This document shows, piece by piece, positions 9,732 to 17,678 of a DNA stretch of 64,000 bases. Numbering within the stretch: the first letter of the stretch is position 1; every line of letters starts with the position of its first letter. The notes beneath the pieces are model-generated. The model saw only the letters and a list, made by a program, of their open reading frames with translations. It ran no database searches and was not told the origin of the DNA. Origin of the DNA: an uncultured Acidobacteriota bacterium (GTDB lineage Bacteria > Acidobacteriota > Terriglobia > Terriglobales > Acidobacteriaceae); contig CAWAZR010000011.1 in assembly GCA_963786565.1 (NCBI GenBank), positions 271,592 to 335,591 on the forward strand, written 5' to 3'. A program made the translations under genes and the position numbers.

Positions 9732-10376
9732 TTGTCGGCGGAAATTCTACGCGTTCATCCCGATGAACCCCAACCAGACCGGATCGATTACATCGTCTCC
9801 TGCCTGCGCAAGGGCGGTGTGGTTGCCCTGCCCACCGACACGTTTTACGGCTTGGCCGTAGACCCGGTGAACCTGTACGCCGTCGAGCAGATTTATCAGA
9901 TCAAGAGCCGCCAGAAGCACAAGCCGCTTTCGCTGCTGATCTCCGGTCTGGCCCAGGCCTATGAGTTGGCGCGCGACACCGATCCGCTGCTGGACAAGCT
10001 GGCCGATCGCTTCTGGCCCGGCCCGCTCACCATCATTGTCCGCGCGGGAACCAAGCTACCGCTTCGCTCCACCGCCAACACCGGCAACGTGGCGCTCCGT
10101 GTGCCTGACGCGGCCATCGCCCGCGCGGTCGTGGAGCGATTCGGACTGCCCATCACGGCTACTTCGGCCAATCTCCAGGGCGCTTCGGAGTGTACCAACG
10201 CCGCCTGCGTCCGCGATCAGATTGGCGATCGCATTCCTCTCATCATCGACGGCGGCCCCACCGGCCGGGCGCAGCCCACGACTATCGTCGATCTCACGCT
10301 GGGAGCGGGACGATGGGAGATTCTGCGCGAAGGCGCAATTCCCACCCACGAAATCGTCATGGTCCTTCAGCGGTAG
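9732..10376 (+). CDS. tsaC: L-threonylcarbamoyladenylate synthase (YrdC/TsaC/Sua5 family)
   Basis: YrdC-domain motifs LPTDTFYGLAVDP, KSRQKHKPLSLL, RFWPGPLT and TSANLQG. TTG start. Confidence 0.8.
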   Translation: MSAEILRVHPDEPQPDRIDYIVSCLRKGGVVALPTDTFYGLAVDPVNLYAVEQIYQIKSRQKHKPLSLLISGLAQAYELARDTDPLLDKLADRFWPGPLTIIVRAGTKLPLRSTANTGNVALRVPDAAIARAVVERFGLPITATSANLQGASECTNAACVRDQIGDRIPLIIDGGPTGRAQPTTIVDLTLGAGRWEILREGAIPTHEIVMVLQR

Positions 10377-10384
10377 GAAAAACA

Positions 10385-10412
10385 GGGAATCGGGACCAGG
10401 GAACTGGGATCA
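10385..10412. repeat. heptamer tandem repeat (GGGANNN)x4
   Basis: gggaatc gggacca gggaact gggatca, beginning 9 nt after the tsaC stop codon. Confidence 0.6.
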
Positions 10413-10492
10413 GACAACGCGACCAGTGCTAACAAGAGATTTATGATTGTTGCGACACTTGGAAGTGTCCGCTGGCCCCTGAAAACTGTCCT

Positions 10493-11113
10493 ATGCCCGC
10501 CCAATCCAAGCCGAAGCGTCGTCACACAGGTCTTCGCATTGCGATGGCGCTGGCGTTGCTTCTGTTGGCCGGCGCTCTAGGCTGGATCAGCTGGGTCTAC
10601 ACGCAAATTGAACTCTACGCGCATCAGGATCAGACTGCGCCCGCAGATGCCATCGGCGTACTGGGCGCGGCGGAGTACGATGGCAAGCCCTCGCCGGTTT
10701 ACCGCGCCCGTCTGGACCACGCGCTCGAGCTTTTCCATCGCGGCATCGCACCGCTGATCATCACGCTGGGAGGTCCCGGTGGCGATCAATACACTGAGGG
10801 CGCGGTGGGTCAGGAATACCTGGTGAGCAAGGGAGTTCCCGAAAGCGCCATCATTGCGGAAACGGAGAGCCGCAATACCGAGGAATCGGCTCGTCGCATG
10901 GTCGTCATCGCGCGCGTCAACGGCCTGCACCGCGTCGTGGTGGTCAGCGACGACACGCACATGTTCCGCATCCATGCCGTTTGCGCCGCCGATGGGCTCG
11001 ATGTCCTGACTTCGCCGCGGCCGCGCCCGGCCACCGAGGAAAAAACGCAGGAAGGCGCGCGCATCGCCCACGAAATTCTCAGCTACACACTCTGGCGGCT
11101 CGATCTGCACTGA
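10493..11113 (+). CDS. YdcF/DUF218-family protein (ElyC/SanA-like), N-terminal membrane anchor
   Basis: TM helix IAMALALLLLAGALGWISWVY, followed by the DUF218 pattern DAIGVLGAA...ARLDHALELFHRGIAPLIITLGG. Confidence 0.7.
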   Translation: MPAQSKPKRRHTGLRIAMALALLLLAGALGWISWVYTQIELYAHQDQTAPADAIGVLGAAEYDGKPSPVYRARLDHALELFHRGIAPLIITLGGPGGDQYTEGAVGQEYLVSKGVPESAIIAETESRNTEESARRMVVIARVNGLHRVVVVSDDTHMFRIHAVCAADGLDVLTSPRPRPATEEKTQEGARIAHEILSYTLWRLDLH

Positions 11114-11162
11114 AAAAGGCAGCGGAACTGGCGGGGTTAGCGAGTCAGCGTGCCCGGTGTTT

Positions 11163-11612
11163 CTACTTTAGCCACGCCGCCGCCAGCAACGTGGCGAGAA
11201 AAATAAGTTGAATCGCACTGCGCACGGGCAGACTAGGTACGTGCTGGCCGGCGATGGTCAATTGCTTTTGCGCTGCATACACGTTAGCCGGGAACAGTGC
11301 AATAAGGAGCAGTGCCAGGCAGATGCAAGCCGGCCGTGCCGTTATCGGCAGCAACAGGCCGATGACGCCCACTATTTCCAGCACACCCGTGATCGAAACA
11401 AGCAGGTCGGGACGTGGAAGGGCGGACGGCACCATGCGTATCAGATCGGGGCGCCGCTTACCCCAATGGGCAGAAGCGGTGAGAACGAACATCGCAGCAA
11501 GCGCTGCGCGAAGTGCGAAACCGAAGTCTTGAAACGCCGTTACTCCCGCCTTCCCGGTGAGCCAGAAGAACAGGATCGAGGCCAAAAGGACAATCAATGG
11601 CGCCATAAACAA
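11163..11612 (-). CDS. DoxX-family membrane protein
   Basis: Small four-helix hydrophobic protein with DoxX-like C-terminal helices (LLIALFPANVYAA). Confidence 0.55.
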   Translation of the reverse strand: MFMAPLIVLLASILFFWLTGKAGVTAFQDFGFALRAALAAMFVLTASAHWGKRRPDLIRMVPSALPRPDLLVSITGVLEIVGVIGLLLPITARPACICLALLLIALFPANVYAAQKQLTIAGQHVPSLPVRSAIQLIFLATLLAAAWLK

Positions 11613-11670
11613 CCTCTCCAGGTTGACGTTGGGAATAGGCTACCCGGACCGTGCTTTCATAAGAGATATT

Positions 11671-12546
11671 TCATTTGAGAATCGTGATCAGCGCCAGCGC
11701 ACATCCCGCTGCGCTTCCCGTGGACAGAAAATTCACCGCGTCGTTGTTCAGCAGGCCCCGCTCTTCCAGCGTGGCTCCCAGCAGGCTGTCGAAGAAGAGG
11801 CCGAAGACAGCCCCCGCGCAACTCACTGTAAATAGTATCCAGCCGCCGCCGAGCGCCCACATGCCCGCGTAGGCGACAACGGCTGCGGCGACCACTCCGG
11901 TTAGGGAACCGGTCAGGCTGATGGCGCCGTCGCGTCCGGCATCGACTGACTTGAACGAAATGATCATGCGTGGACGCCCGCCGAGCACTTGCCCGATCTC
12001 CGATGAAGCCGTGTCGGCCGCAGCCTCAGCCAGTGCTGCTATCGCCAGGGCAAAAAGCATGGTCGGCGTGGCGGCATGGTGGGGCACCCAGCGGGAGTCC
12101 ATGAGCCAGGACTGCACGGGATTGCTCGTAACCAGCGCCGCCAGGCCCAGGTTCGCCGCAACCTGAGAGGCTGACCGTCCCTTGCGTCCCTCCGCGGTTC
12201 CGAGCCGTTCCTTTTTGTGCCGGCCGGCACGCGTGACCGCGAATGCCAGCAGGGAAACAGCCAGTGTGGGAATGAGGGCGGAATGCCAGGGCGCATAAGG
12301 AACTACAACCGTGGAAAACATGAGGCTGGCCGTGATCAGTGTGCCGGTCACGGCAGCCGCCGGAGTGGCCGCTCGCAGCTTCCAAGTGACCAGTCCCAGC
12401 AAGACGCTGAGACCAATGGTCCAGATGGCGACCGGAGCCGCATGCGAAGCCCACCAATCGCAGTCAAGCACCACTTCTGTGCCTGCAAAAGGCAGTACGG
12501 CAAGTAACACGAGCTTCGATTGCCAGGTCAGCTTGTTTTCAGCCAC
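11671..12546 (-). CDS. DUF92 (TMEM19-like) integral membrane protein
   Basis: Polytopic membrane protein containing the DUF92-type motif AADTASSEIGQ. Confidence 0.65.
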   Translation of the reverse strand: MAENKLTWQSKLVLLAVLPFAGTEVVLDCDWWASHAAPVAIWTIGLSVLLGLVTWKLRAATPAAAVTGTLITASLMFSTVVVPYAPWHSALIPTLAVSLLAFAVTRAGRHKKERLGTAEGRKGRSASQVAANLGLAALVTSNPVQSWLMDSRWVPHHAATPTMLFALAIAALAEAAADTASSEIGQVLGGRPRMIISFKSVDAGRDGAISLTGSLTGVVAAAVVAYAGMWALGGGWILFTVSCAGAVFGLFFDSLLGATLEERGLLNNDAVNFLSTGSAAGCALALITILK

Positions 12547-12703
12547 GCTTCATCGTATCCCCTGCTTGCGCCCGGCAAGAAGCACGTGGCGACTGCCGAT
12601 GACCAATCTTCATTTCCTCCGTCGCAAGGAAGTGCGGACAGTGGGGGCAGTTTTTGGCCGCCCGGCTGATTTACAATCACCTAGGAAGCAGGAAAGATTC
12701 TGA

Positions 12704-14269
12704 ATGAGGCTTTTTCCCATGATTTCAGGCCAGGGGCGCGCACTGTTGGCCCAGGCAGGCGGGGCACTTGCAATTGCCGTATTAATTGCAGGTTGTGGAG
12801 ACAATTACAGGCCGACGGTCACCCCGGTTTATAGCACCGGCCCGGCTGCGCAACCGACGTCGTACACTGTCGTGGTTTCCACCACGGGCGCCAACACGGA
12901 TGGCGTGGTCACTCTTATCGATTACTCAGGTGATTCGATCTTGACCGAGGCAACCATCGGTCCCGGACCGACTGCCTTCACCCTCGACGAGTTGGGCGCA
13001 ACCGGATACACCGTGAACAGCGACGGCACGCTCTCCAACTTTGCCATCACCACCTCGCTGCAAACCAAGAATGTTTCCTTCTCTACCTTGTCGCCGACCT
13101 CGAAGATCGTGAACCTGATGCCGCCGTCTTCCGGGCTTTGGGCTACCGACCTGAATGGCGATGTCGTCGATCTCTTTCAAGGCTCGCCTCAGGCATTCAA
13201 GCTGGCGATTCCGGTGGCGACCTCCGGCAGCCCCGCGACCATGCCGATGTTTATCGCAGGGTCTCCAACTCTTTCCGGCCAACGCGAATACATCATCAGC
13301 CAGGACGTTGCGGATGCCGCGCCGATGACATGCAATCTGTCGCCCAGAACCGCGGGCGCAAATGGCGTGGCGACACCGATAGAGATTTCCAGCAATACCA
13401 CCGATCCGGCGATCGCGGTAGGCAAGTGCCCAGTTTATGCGGTGCCATCGACTGACCAACAGCGCCTGTTTGTGCTCAATCGGGGCGACGACACCGTTAC
13501 GGTCATCAACGCCAGAAACAACACGCTCGATGCCTGCACGCCCTTCCAGAATCAAAACGGGCAATGGGTCACGTGTCACCAGACCATCCAGCTTCCCACC
13601 GGTTCGGGGCCGATCTACGCCGAGTATGTTCCTGCGACCCAGCAGCTTGTTGTGGCCAACTACGACGGGGGAACGATTACTGTCATCAACGTCCCATTGG
13701 ATGAGTACGGCAACGACTCCAACACCTATGCCAACAGCAGCTGCACCACCTATGCCGCTTGCGGCGCGATCACGGGCGGTTTTGGCACCTTCGTTACCGT
13801 TCCGGTGGGCAATACGGCCACGCCCAATCCGGCCAGCGTGACCGTACTTTATGACGGTACCAAGGCCTATACCGCGAATCAGAACGATGGGGTACAAAAC
13901 GGCACGGTGACGGTGGTCAACCTGTCCACGTACACGGTGGAAAAGACCATCACCGTTGTCGGCCATCCGCGCACCGTGGTGAATACGCAGAACTCCGAGT
14001 ACGCCAAAATCTACGTGGGTTCGCCCGACAGCCCGTACATTACCGTCATCGAATCGAGCCCGACGGTGACCGACCTGATCGACACCACGATTTTGGTGGA
14101 AGGCACGGTAGTGGATGTGCGCACTACCTCGCAGAACGGCAGCGGCGGCAACAATGATTACAGCAGCCGCGTGCCGGGCTACGGTCAGCCATGCAACCGG
14201 TCGCCTTCGAGCATGGTTTCCACCTACGGTGCGAACTATACCCTCGCGGAATGCCAGGCCATTCCGTAG
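12704..14269 (+). CDS. YVTN/YncE-like beta-propeller repeat lipoprotein
   Basis: Lipobox LIAGC at the N-terminus. Repeated blades have the pattern ...(L/V)(F/V)V(A/L)N...(D/G)(T/G)(V/I)TV(I/V)N (LFVLNRGDDTVTVINA, LVVANYDGGTITVINV, NGTVTVVNLST, YITVIES). Confidence 0.7.
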   Translation: MRLFPMISGQGRALLAQAGGALAIAVLIAGCGDNYRPTVTPVYSTGPAAQPTSYTVVVSTTGANTDGVVTLIDYSGDSILTEATIGPGPTAFTLDELGATGYTVNSDGTLSNFAITTSLQTKNVSFSTLSPTSKIVNLMPPSSGLWATDLNGDVVDLFQGSPQAFKLAIPVATSGSPATMPMFIAGSPTLSGQREYIISQDVADAAPMTCNLSPRTAGANGVATPIEISSNTTDPAIAVGKCPVYAVPSTDQQRLFVLNRGDDTVTVINARNNTLDACTPFQNQNGQWVTCHQTIQLPTGSGPIYAEYVPATQQLVVANYDGGTITVINVPLDEYGNDSNTYANSSCTTYAACGAITGGFGTFVTVPVGNTATPNPASVTVLYDGTKAYTANQNDGVQNGTVTVVNLSTYTVEKTITVVGHPRTVVNTQNSEYAKIYVGSPDSPYITVIESSPTVTDLIDTTILVEGTVVDVRTTSQNGSGGNNDYSSRVPGYGQPCNRSPSSMVSTYGANYTLAECQAIP

Positions 14270-14295
14270 AGGATCGATCCTTTCGTTACAATCCA

Positions 14296-14335
14296 AAGGG
14301 CCATTCCCTCTGAGGGAACGGCCCTTCGATTTTTT
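14296..14335 (+). terminator. rho-independent terminator after the beta-propeller lipoprotein gene
   Basis: AAGGGCC(ATTCCCTCTGAGGGAAC)GGCCCTT stem-loop with a nested TTCCCTC/GAGGGAA pairing, then CGA and a T6 run (14330..14335). Confidence 0.75.
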
Positions 14336-14354
14336 AGAAGGAGTGGCAGCCGCC

Positions 14355-15239
14355 ATGCCGGATGTGGGCAAAACCCGCCCGGGAAAGACTCGTCTCGACC
14401 TGCTTCTCGTCGAGCAAGGCTTCGTCCCCAGCCGCGAGCGCGCTCGTGCCCTGATTCTTGCCGGTCGCGTGCTGGTCCGCGAGCAGAAGATTGACAAGCC
14501 CGGGACTGCGATTGCGCAGGACTCCCTGATCCGCCTGCTCGGCGAGGATCAGCCTTACGTTAGCCGCGGCGGATTGAAACTCGCTGCGGCCCTGGAGCAT
14601 TGGAAGATCGACGTCAAGGGCCGCGCGTGCCTCGACGTGGGCGCCTCGACCGGCGGCTTTACCGATTGCCTGCTGCAACACGGCGCCGCGCACGTGACCG
14701 CAGTCGATACCGGCTTCGGGCAGATCCACATGAAGTTGCGCAACGATCCCCGCGTGCAGCTCCGCGAGCGCACCAATGCGCGCCTGCTCAAACCGGGATT
14801 ATTTGCATCTGGGGCACTGCCAGTCCAGGATTCGGATAAACCTTTTTCAGACAGCAAGAAGTGTCAGGGCACGACTTTAGTCGTGCCGAAAATGCAGCGC
14901 AATGAAAGTGGGGCTTTAGCCCCTGAGGGAAATCCCGAACTCACGCTGCTGGTCATGGATGTTTCGTTCATCTCGGCCACGCTTCTTCTGGGACCGGTAA
15001 TGGCCGCCGCGCCGGCGCTGGTAGAGGCCGTAATTCTGGTGAAACCGCAGTTTGAGGCCGGCCGCGAACACGTGGGCAAAGGCGGCATTGTGCGCGATGT
15101 GGCGGCGCATGAATTGGCGATCAATCGAGTGGCGGATGGCGTGCGCGCGCTCGGCTGGCAGGTTGTGGAGACGATCGATTCGCCGATTACGGGCGCCGAG
15201 GGCAACCACGAGTTTCTGCTCTACGCGCGGCGTGCGTGA
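14355..15239 (+). CDS. tlyA: TlyA-family rRNA (cytidine-2'-O)-methyltransferase carrying an internal repeat-derived insertion
   Basis: Start at ATG 14355 with GAAGGAG upstream. S4 domain (RLDLLLVEQGFVPSRERARALILAGRVLV), FtsJ-type SAM motif CLDVGASTGGFTDCLL, and the conserved C-terminal part LVMDVSFISATLLL...VKPQFEAG...GGIVRD. About 40 extra residues lie between NARLLKP and LLVMDVSFIS. Confidence 0.85.
   Translation: MPDVGKTRPGKTRLDLLLVEQGFVPSRERARALILAGRVLVREQKIDKPGTAIAQDSLIRLLGEDQPYVSRGGLKLAAALEHWKIDVKGRACLDVGASTGGFTDCLLQHGAAHVTAVDTGFGQIHMKLRNDPRVQLRERTNARLLKPGLFASGALPVQDSDKPFSDSKKCQGTTLVVPKMQRNESGALAPEGNPELTLLVMDVSFISATLLLGPVMAAAPALVEAVILVKPQFEAGREHVGKGGIVRDVAAHELAINRVADGVRALGWQVVETIDSPITGAEGNHEFLLYARRA
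14861..14930 (+). repeat. family A double-hairpin repeat, copy A1 (inside the tlyA CDS, in frame)
   Basis: GTGTCAGGGCACGACTTTAGTCGTGCC...GGGGCTTTAGCCCCTGAGGGA. The first 31 nt are identical to copy A2 at 21231. Confidence 0.85.
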
Positions 15240-15312
15240 ACGGGAGCCTGGTCACAAACAGGGCCAGTCGGAAGCACGCCGAGCATTGAGAAGACTGTCC
15301 TGCACGCTCATC

Positions 15313-15876
15313 TCAGACGGTCGCGCCACACTTGGTGCAAAACGCTGAGCCGCCTTCCAGCATTGCCCCGCAACTCCTGCACAGGCCGTAGCCGGACTGG
15401 CCCACGAGCGGCTGCGGCGGAGGCGGAGGGGGAAACCCCATTGGCGGCACACCTGGGTACCCTGCGATCACGCCAGCTGCCTGCTCGGGAAACTTCGGGT
15501 TCGGGCCGTATTGATTCGGCCCCGGTTCGCTATCCGTACACAGGAAAACCAGCTGCACGATCGCCGTGATGAACCCCACGATTGGAATCACGCCCAGCAC
15601 AATCAACAAAAAGAGGATCCAGCCGCTCTTGCCGATGTCGTGGAATCGCCGCGTAGCGACGGCCAGAGTTGGAACCAAACTAGCCAGAGCGTAAAGGCAA
15701 AGCGGAATGAACAAGACCCATCCGTTGTCCTGCGACATCGCAATTCCTACGCCGCCGATCGCGGCCAGCGCAATCATGGCCAGGGAGTTGAACAGCGCGA
15801 ACATCCAATACTCTGTGCGCCGCGCGCGCCCATTGAATTCTGAGTACTTCTTCCACCCCATCAAATACCAATCCAT
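15313..15876 (-). CDS. DUF805 membrane protein with Pro-rich linker and C-terminal zinc-ribbon
   Basis: DUF805 signature GRARRTEYWMFALFN and RRFHDIGKSGW. The C-terminus has CRSCG...CTKCG. Confidence 0.7.
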   Translation of the reverse strand: MDWYLMGWKKYSEFNGRARRTEYWMFALFNSLAMIALAAIGGVGIAMSQDNGWVLFIPLCLYALASLVPTLAVATRRFHDIGKSGWILFLLIVLGVIPIVGFITAIVQLVFLCTDSEPGPNQYGPNPKFPEQAAGVIAGYPGVPPMGFPPPPPPQPLVGQSGYGLCRSCGAMLEGGSAFCTKCGATV

Positions 15877-16245
15877 CGTTTGCTCCTCTCCAGGCAGATT
15901 GATGAATGCTATGGTTCAGGCCGGTCACAGGCGGTGCTCGTCCGTTTGCGCAGCCGACGAATAGACTCCACTTTTTGCGTTGAGCCAATATACAGCCGAA
16001 GCCCCGGCAAGGCCAGAAGATTTACATCGTTTTTCCAGAAATTGTGGAGTATTTCGAACGCCGTTCCAGGCGGCTCTCACTACTACCCCCAAACGAAAGC
16101 CTGTCTGTGCGGACCCCGGGTTGGGAAAACCACTCGGCAGCTGCGGCTCGGCTGATCAGCAACCGGAAAGCCGCTGGATGCGCAGGAATCATGCAGTCAA
16201 GGATGCTTTTGTCCCCCGCCGAGGTGGTCGATTACACTCGAACCA

Positions 16246-17103
16246 ATGACCCGCGTCGCTATCGTTGCAAAGCCGAATCGCGAAGAGCTCAAACGGCTTC
16301 TGCCGGAATTGATTGCATGGCTGCGCCAGCATGGCTACGAGCCGCTGCTCGACCACGAAAGCGCAAGCTACACCGCGGACGCGCCGTCCGTCCCGCGCTC
16401 GGAACTGCCCGCGCATGCGCCGCAGTTAGTCATCGTACTTGGTGGCGACGGCACATTGCTTGCCGCGGCGCGCATCTTTGCCACCTCCGACACGCCCATT
16501 CTCAGCGTGAACCTCGGCTTTCTCGGTTTCCTTACAGAAGTACGTCTCGGCGACCTCTACGCCACGCTCGAGAACTGGTGCGCCGGCTGCCACACTCTCG
16601 ACGAACGGGCCATGCTGCACGCCGAACTGTGGCGCCAGGGCGCCGAGATCGCGAGCTTCGAAGCGCTCAACGAAGTGGTGGTTTCAAAGGGCGATATCGC
16701 CCGCATGGGCGATTTTGCAGTGGAGTTGGATGGCAGGAGTGTAGCCAGTTTCCGCGCTGACGGCGTTATTGTTTCCACGCCCACAGGTTCTACGGCCTAC
16801 ACGCTGGCCGCCAATGGTCCCATTCTGACCCCGGATGTGGACGCCATGGTGGTAACGCCCATCTGTCCCCACCTGCTCACGTTGCGGCCCATCGTGGTAC
16901 GTGGCGACGCATCGCTTACCGTCCGCGTAGAGGGCGTACCCGATGTCGCGCTGCTCACCATAGACGGCCAGCAGAAGGTTGAACTGCGCCGCGGTGACGA
17001 GATGCGCTGCTGCCGCTCCCGCCATACCGTCAAGCTGGTTCGCCTGGGAGACAGCGGCTTCTTTGACGCATTGCGCAGCAAATTGAGTTGGGGCGAGCAG
17101 TAG
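16246..17103 (+). CDS. nadK: NAD kinase
   Basis: GGDGTLL motif (VIVLGGDGTLLAAAR), NLGFLGFL, NEVVVSKG and DGVIVSTPTGSTAY. Confidence 0.9.
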   Translation: MTRVAIVAKPNREELKRLLPELIAWLRQHGYEPLLDHESASYTADAPSVPRSELPAHAPQLVIVLGGDGTLLAAARIFATSDTPILSVNLGFLGFLTEVRLGDLYATLENWCAGCHTLDERAMLHAELWRQGAEIASFEALNEVVVSKGDIARMGDFAVELDGRSVASFRADGVIVSTPTGSTAYTLAANGPILTPDVDAMVVTPICPHLLTLRPIVVRGDASLTVRVEGVPDVALLTIDGQQKVELRRGDEMRCCRSRHTVKLVRLGDSGFFDALRSKLSWGEQ

Positions 17104-17123
17104 CTTCGTCGCGGGAACCGATC

Positions 17124-17678
17124 CTACTTCGTCAATTCTGCAAGCAGCACCTGGGCCTTTGCAGTCAGCGTCTGCGCGCCCTCTACGTCGCCCGAGGCCA
17201 ATGCGGCCCTGGCCTGCTTCAGAAACTCCCGAATGTGATCGGCAGTCTTTTGCTCGGGGTCGCTCAGCCCACGATTGATGCCATTCAAACGGTGCTCAAC
17301 GTCAGCGATGGAATTCTCGGTTTCCTGGCGGGAGTTTGCAGGATCGCCTGAGGAAAGCTGTCCGATGGCGCTCACGGGCGGGTTTGCAGGCGGCGGCTCA
17401 GGTGTGGTCGTGGCATCGTCGGGATTCGCTGGTCTTCTATGCCTGACCGGCGGCCGGATCGGTTCCACTTCTTCCCTGAAGTTGGTGATGGCGTACGCGG
17501 CAACGACCGTATCCTCCGGCGGCAGCTCGATGTCGACGAGTGGAATAGCCTGCGATGGCTGCGCACGTGGCGCTAGCATCCGGGACTGCACCGGCGGCTT
17601 TTTGTGAAACGGCAGTCCGGAGCAGCCCGCGAGCAAGAACGGCAGCAGCCATACAACGCTCTTGGCAGGCGACTTCAT
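17124..17678 (-). CDS. hypothetical lipoprotein
   Basis: Lipobox LLAGCSG. The middle is Pro-rich and low-complexity. There is a 4-nt overlap with the upstream kinase gene, so the two are probably co-transcribed. Confidence 0.5.
   Translation of the reverse strand: MKSPAKSVVWLLPFLLAGCSGLPFHKKPPVQSRMLAPRAQPSQAIPLVDIELPPEDTVVAAYAITNFREEVEPIRPPVRHRRPANPDDATTTPEPPPANPPVSAIGQLSSGDPANSRQETENSIADVEHRLNGINRGLSDPEQKTADHIREFLKQARAALASGDVEGAQTLTAKAQVLLAELTK

Noticed and set aside
12926-14497. 523-aa ORF antisense to the beta-propeller lipoprotein gene
   Set aside because: The product is Arg/Gly/His-rich with no motifs. It lies exactly opposite a gene that has a lipobox and repeated propeller blades. 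This is a typical stop-poor shadow frame of a GC-rich gene.
16044-16760. 238-aa ORF overlapping the nadK 5' region in another frame
   Set aside because: The product is Arg-rich nonsense, and nadK in the adjacent frame has all its family motifs.
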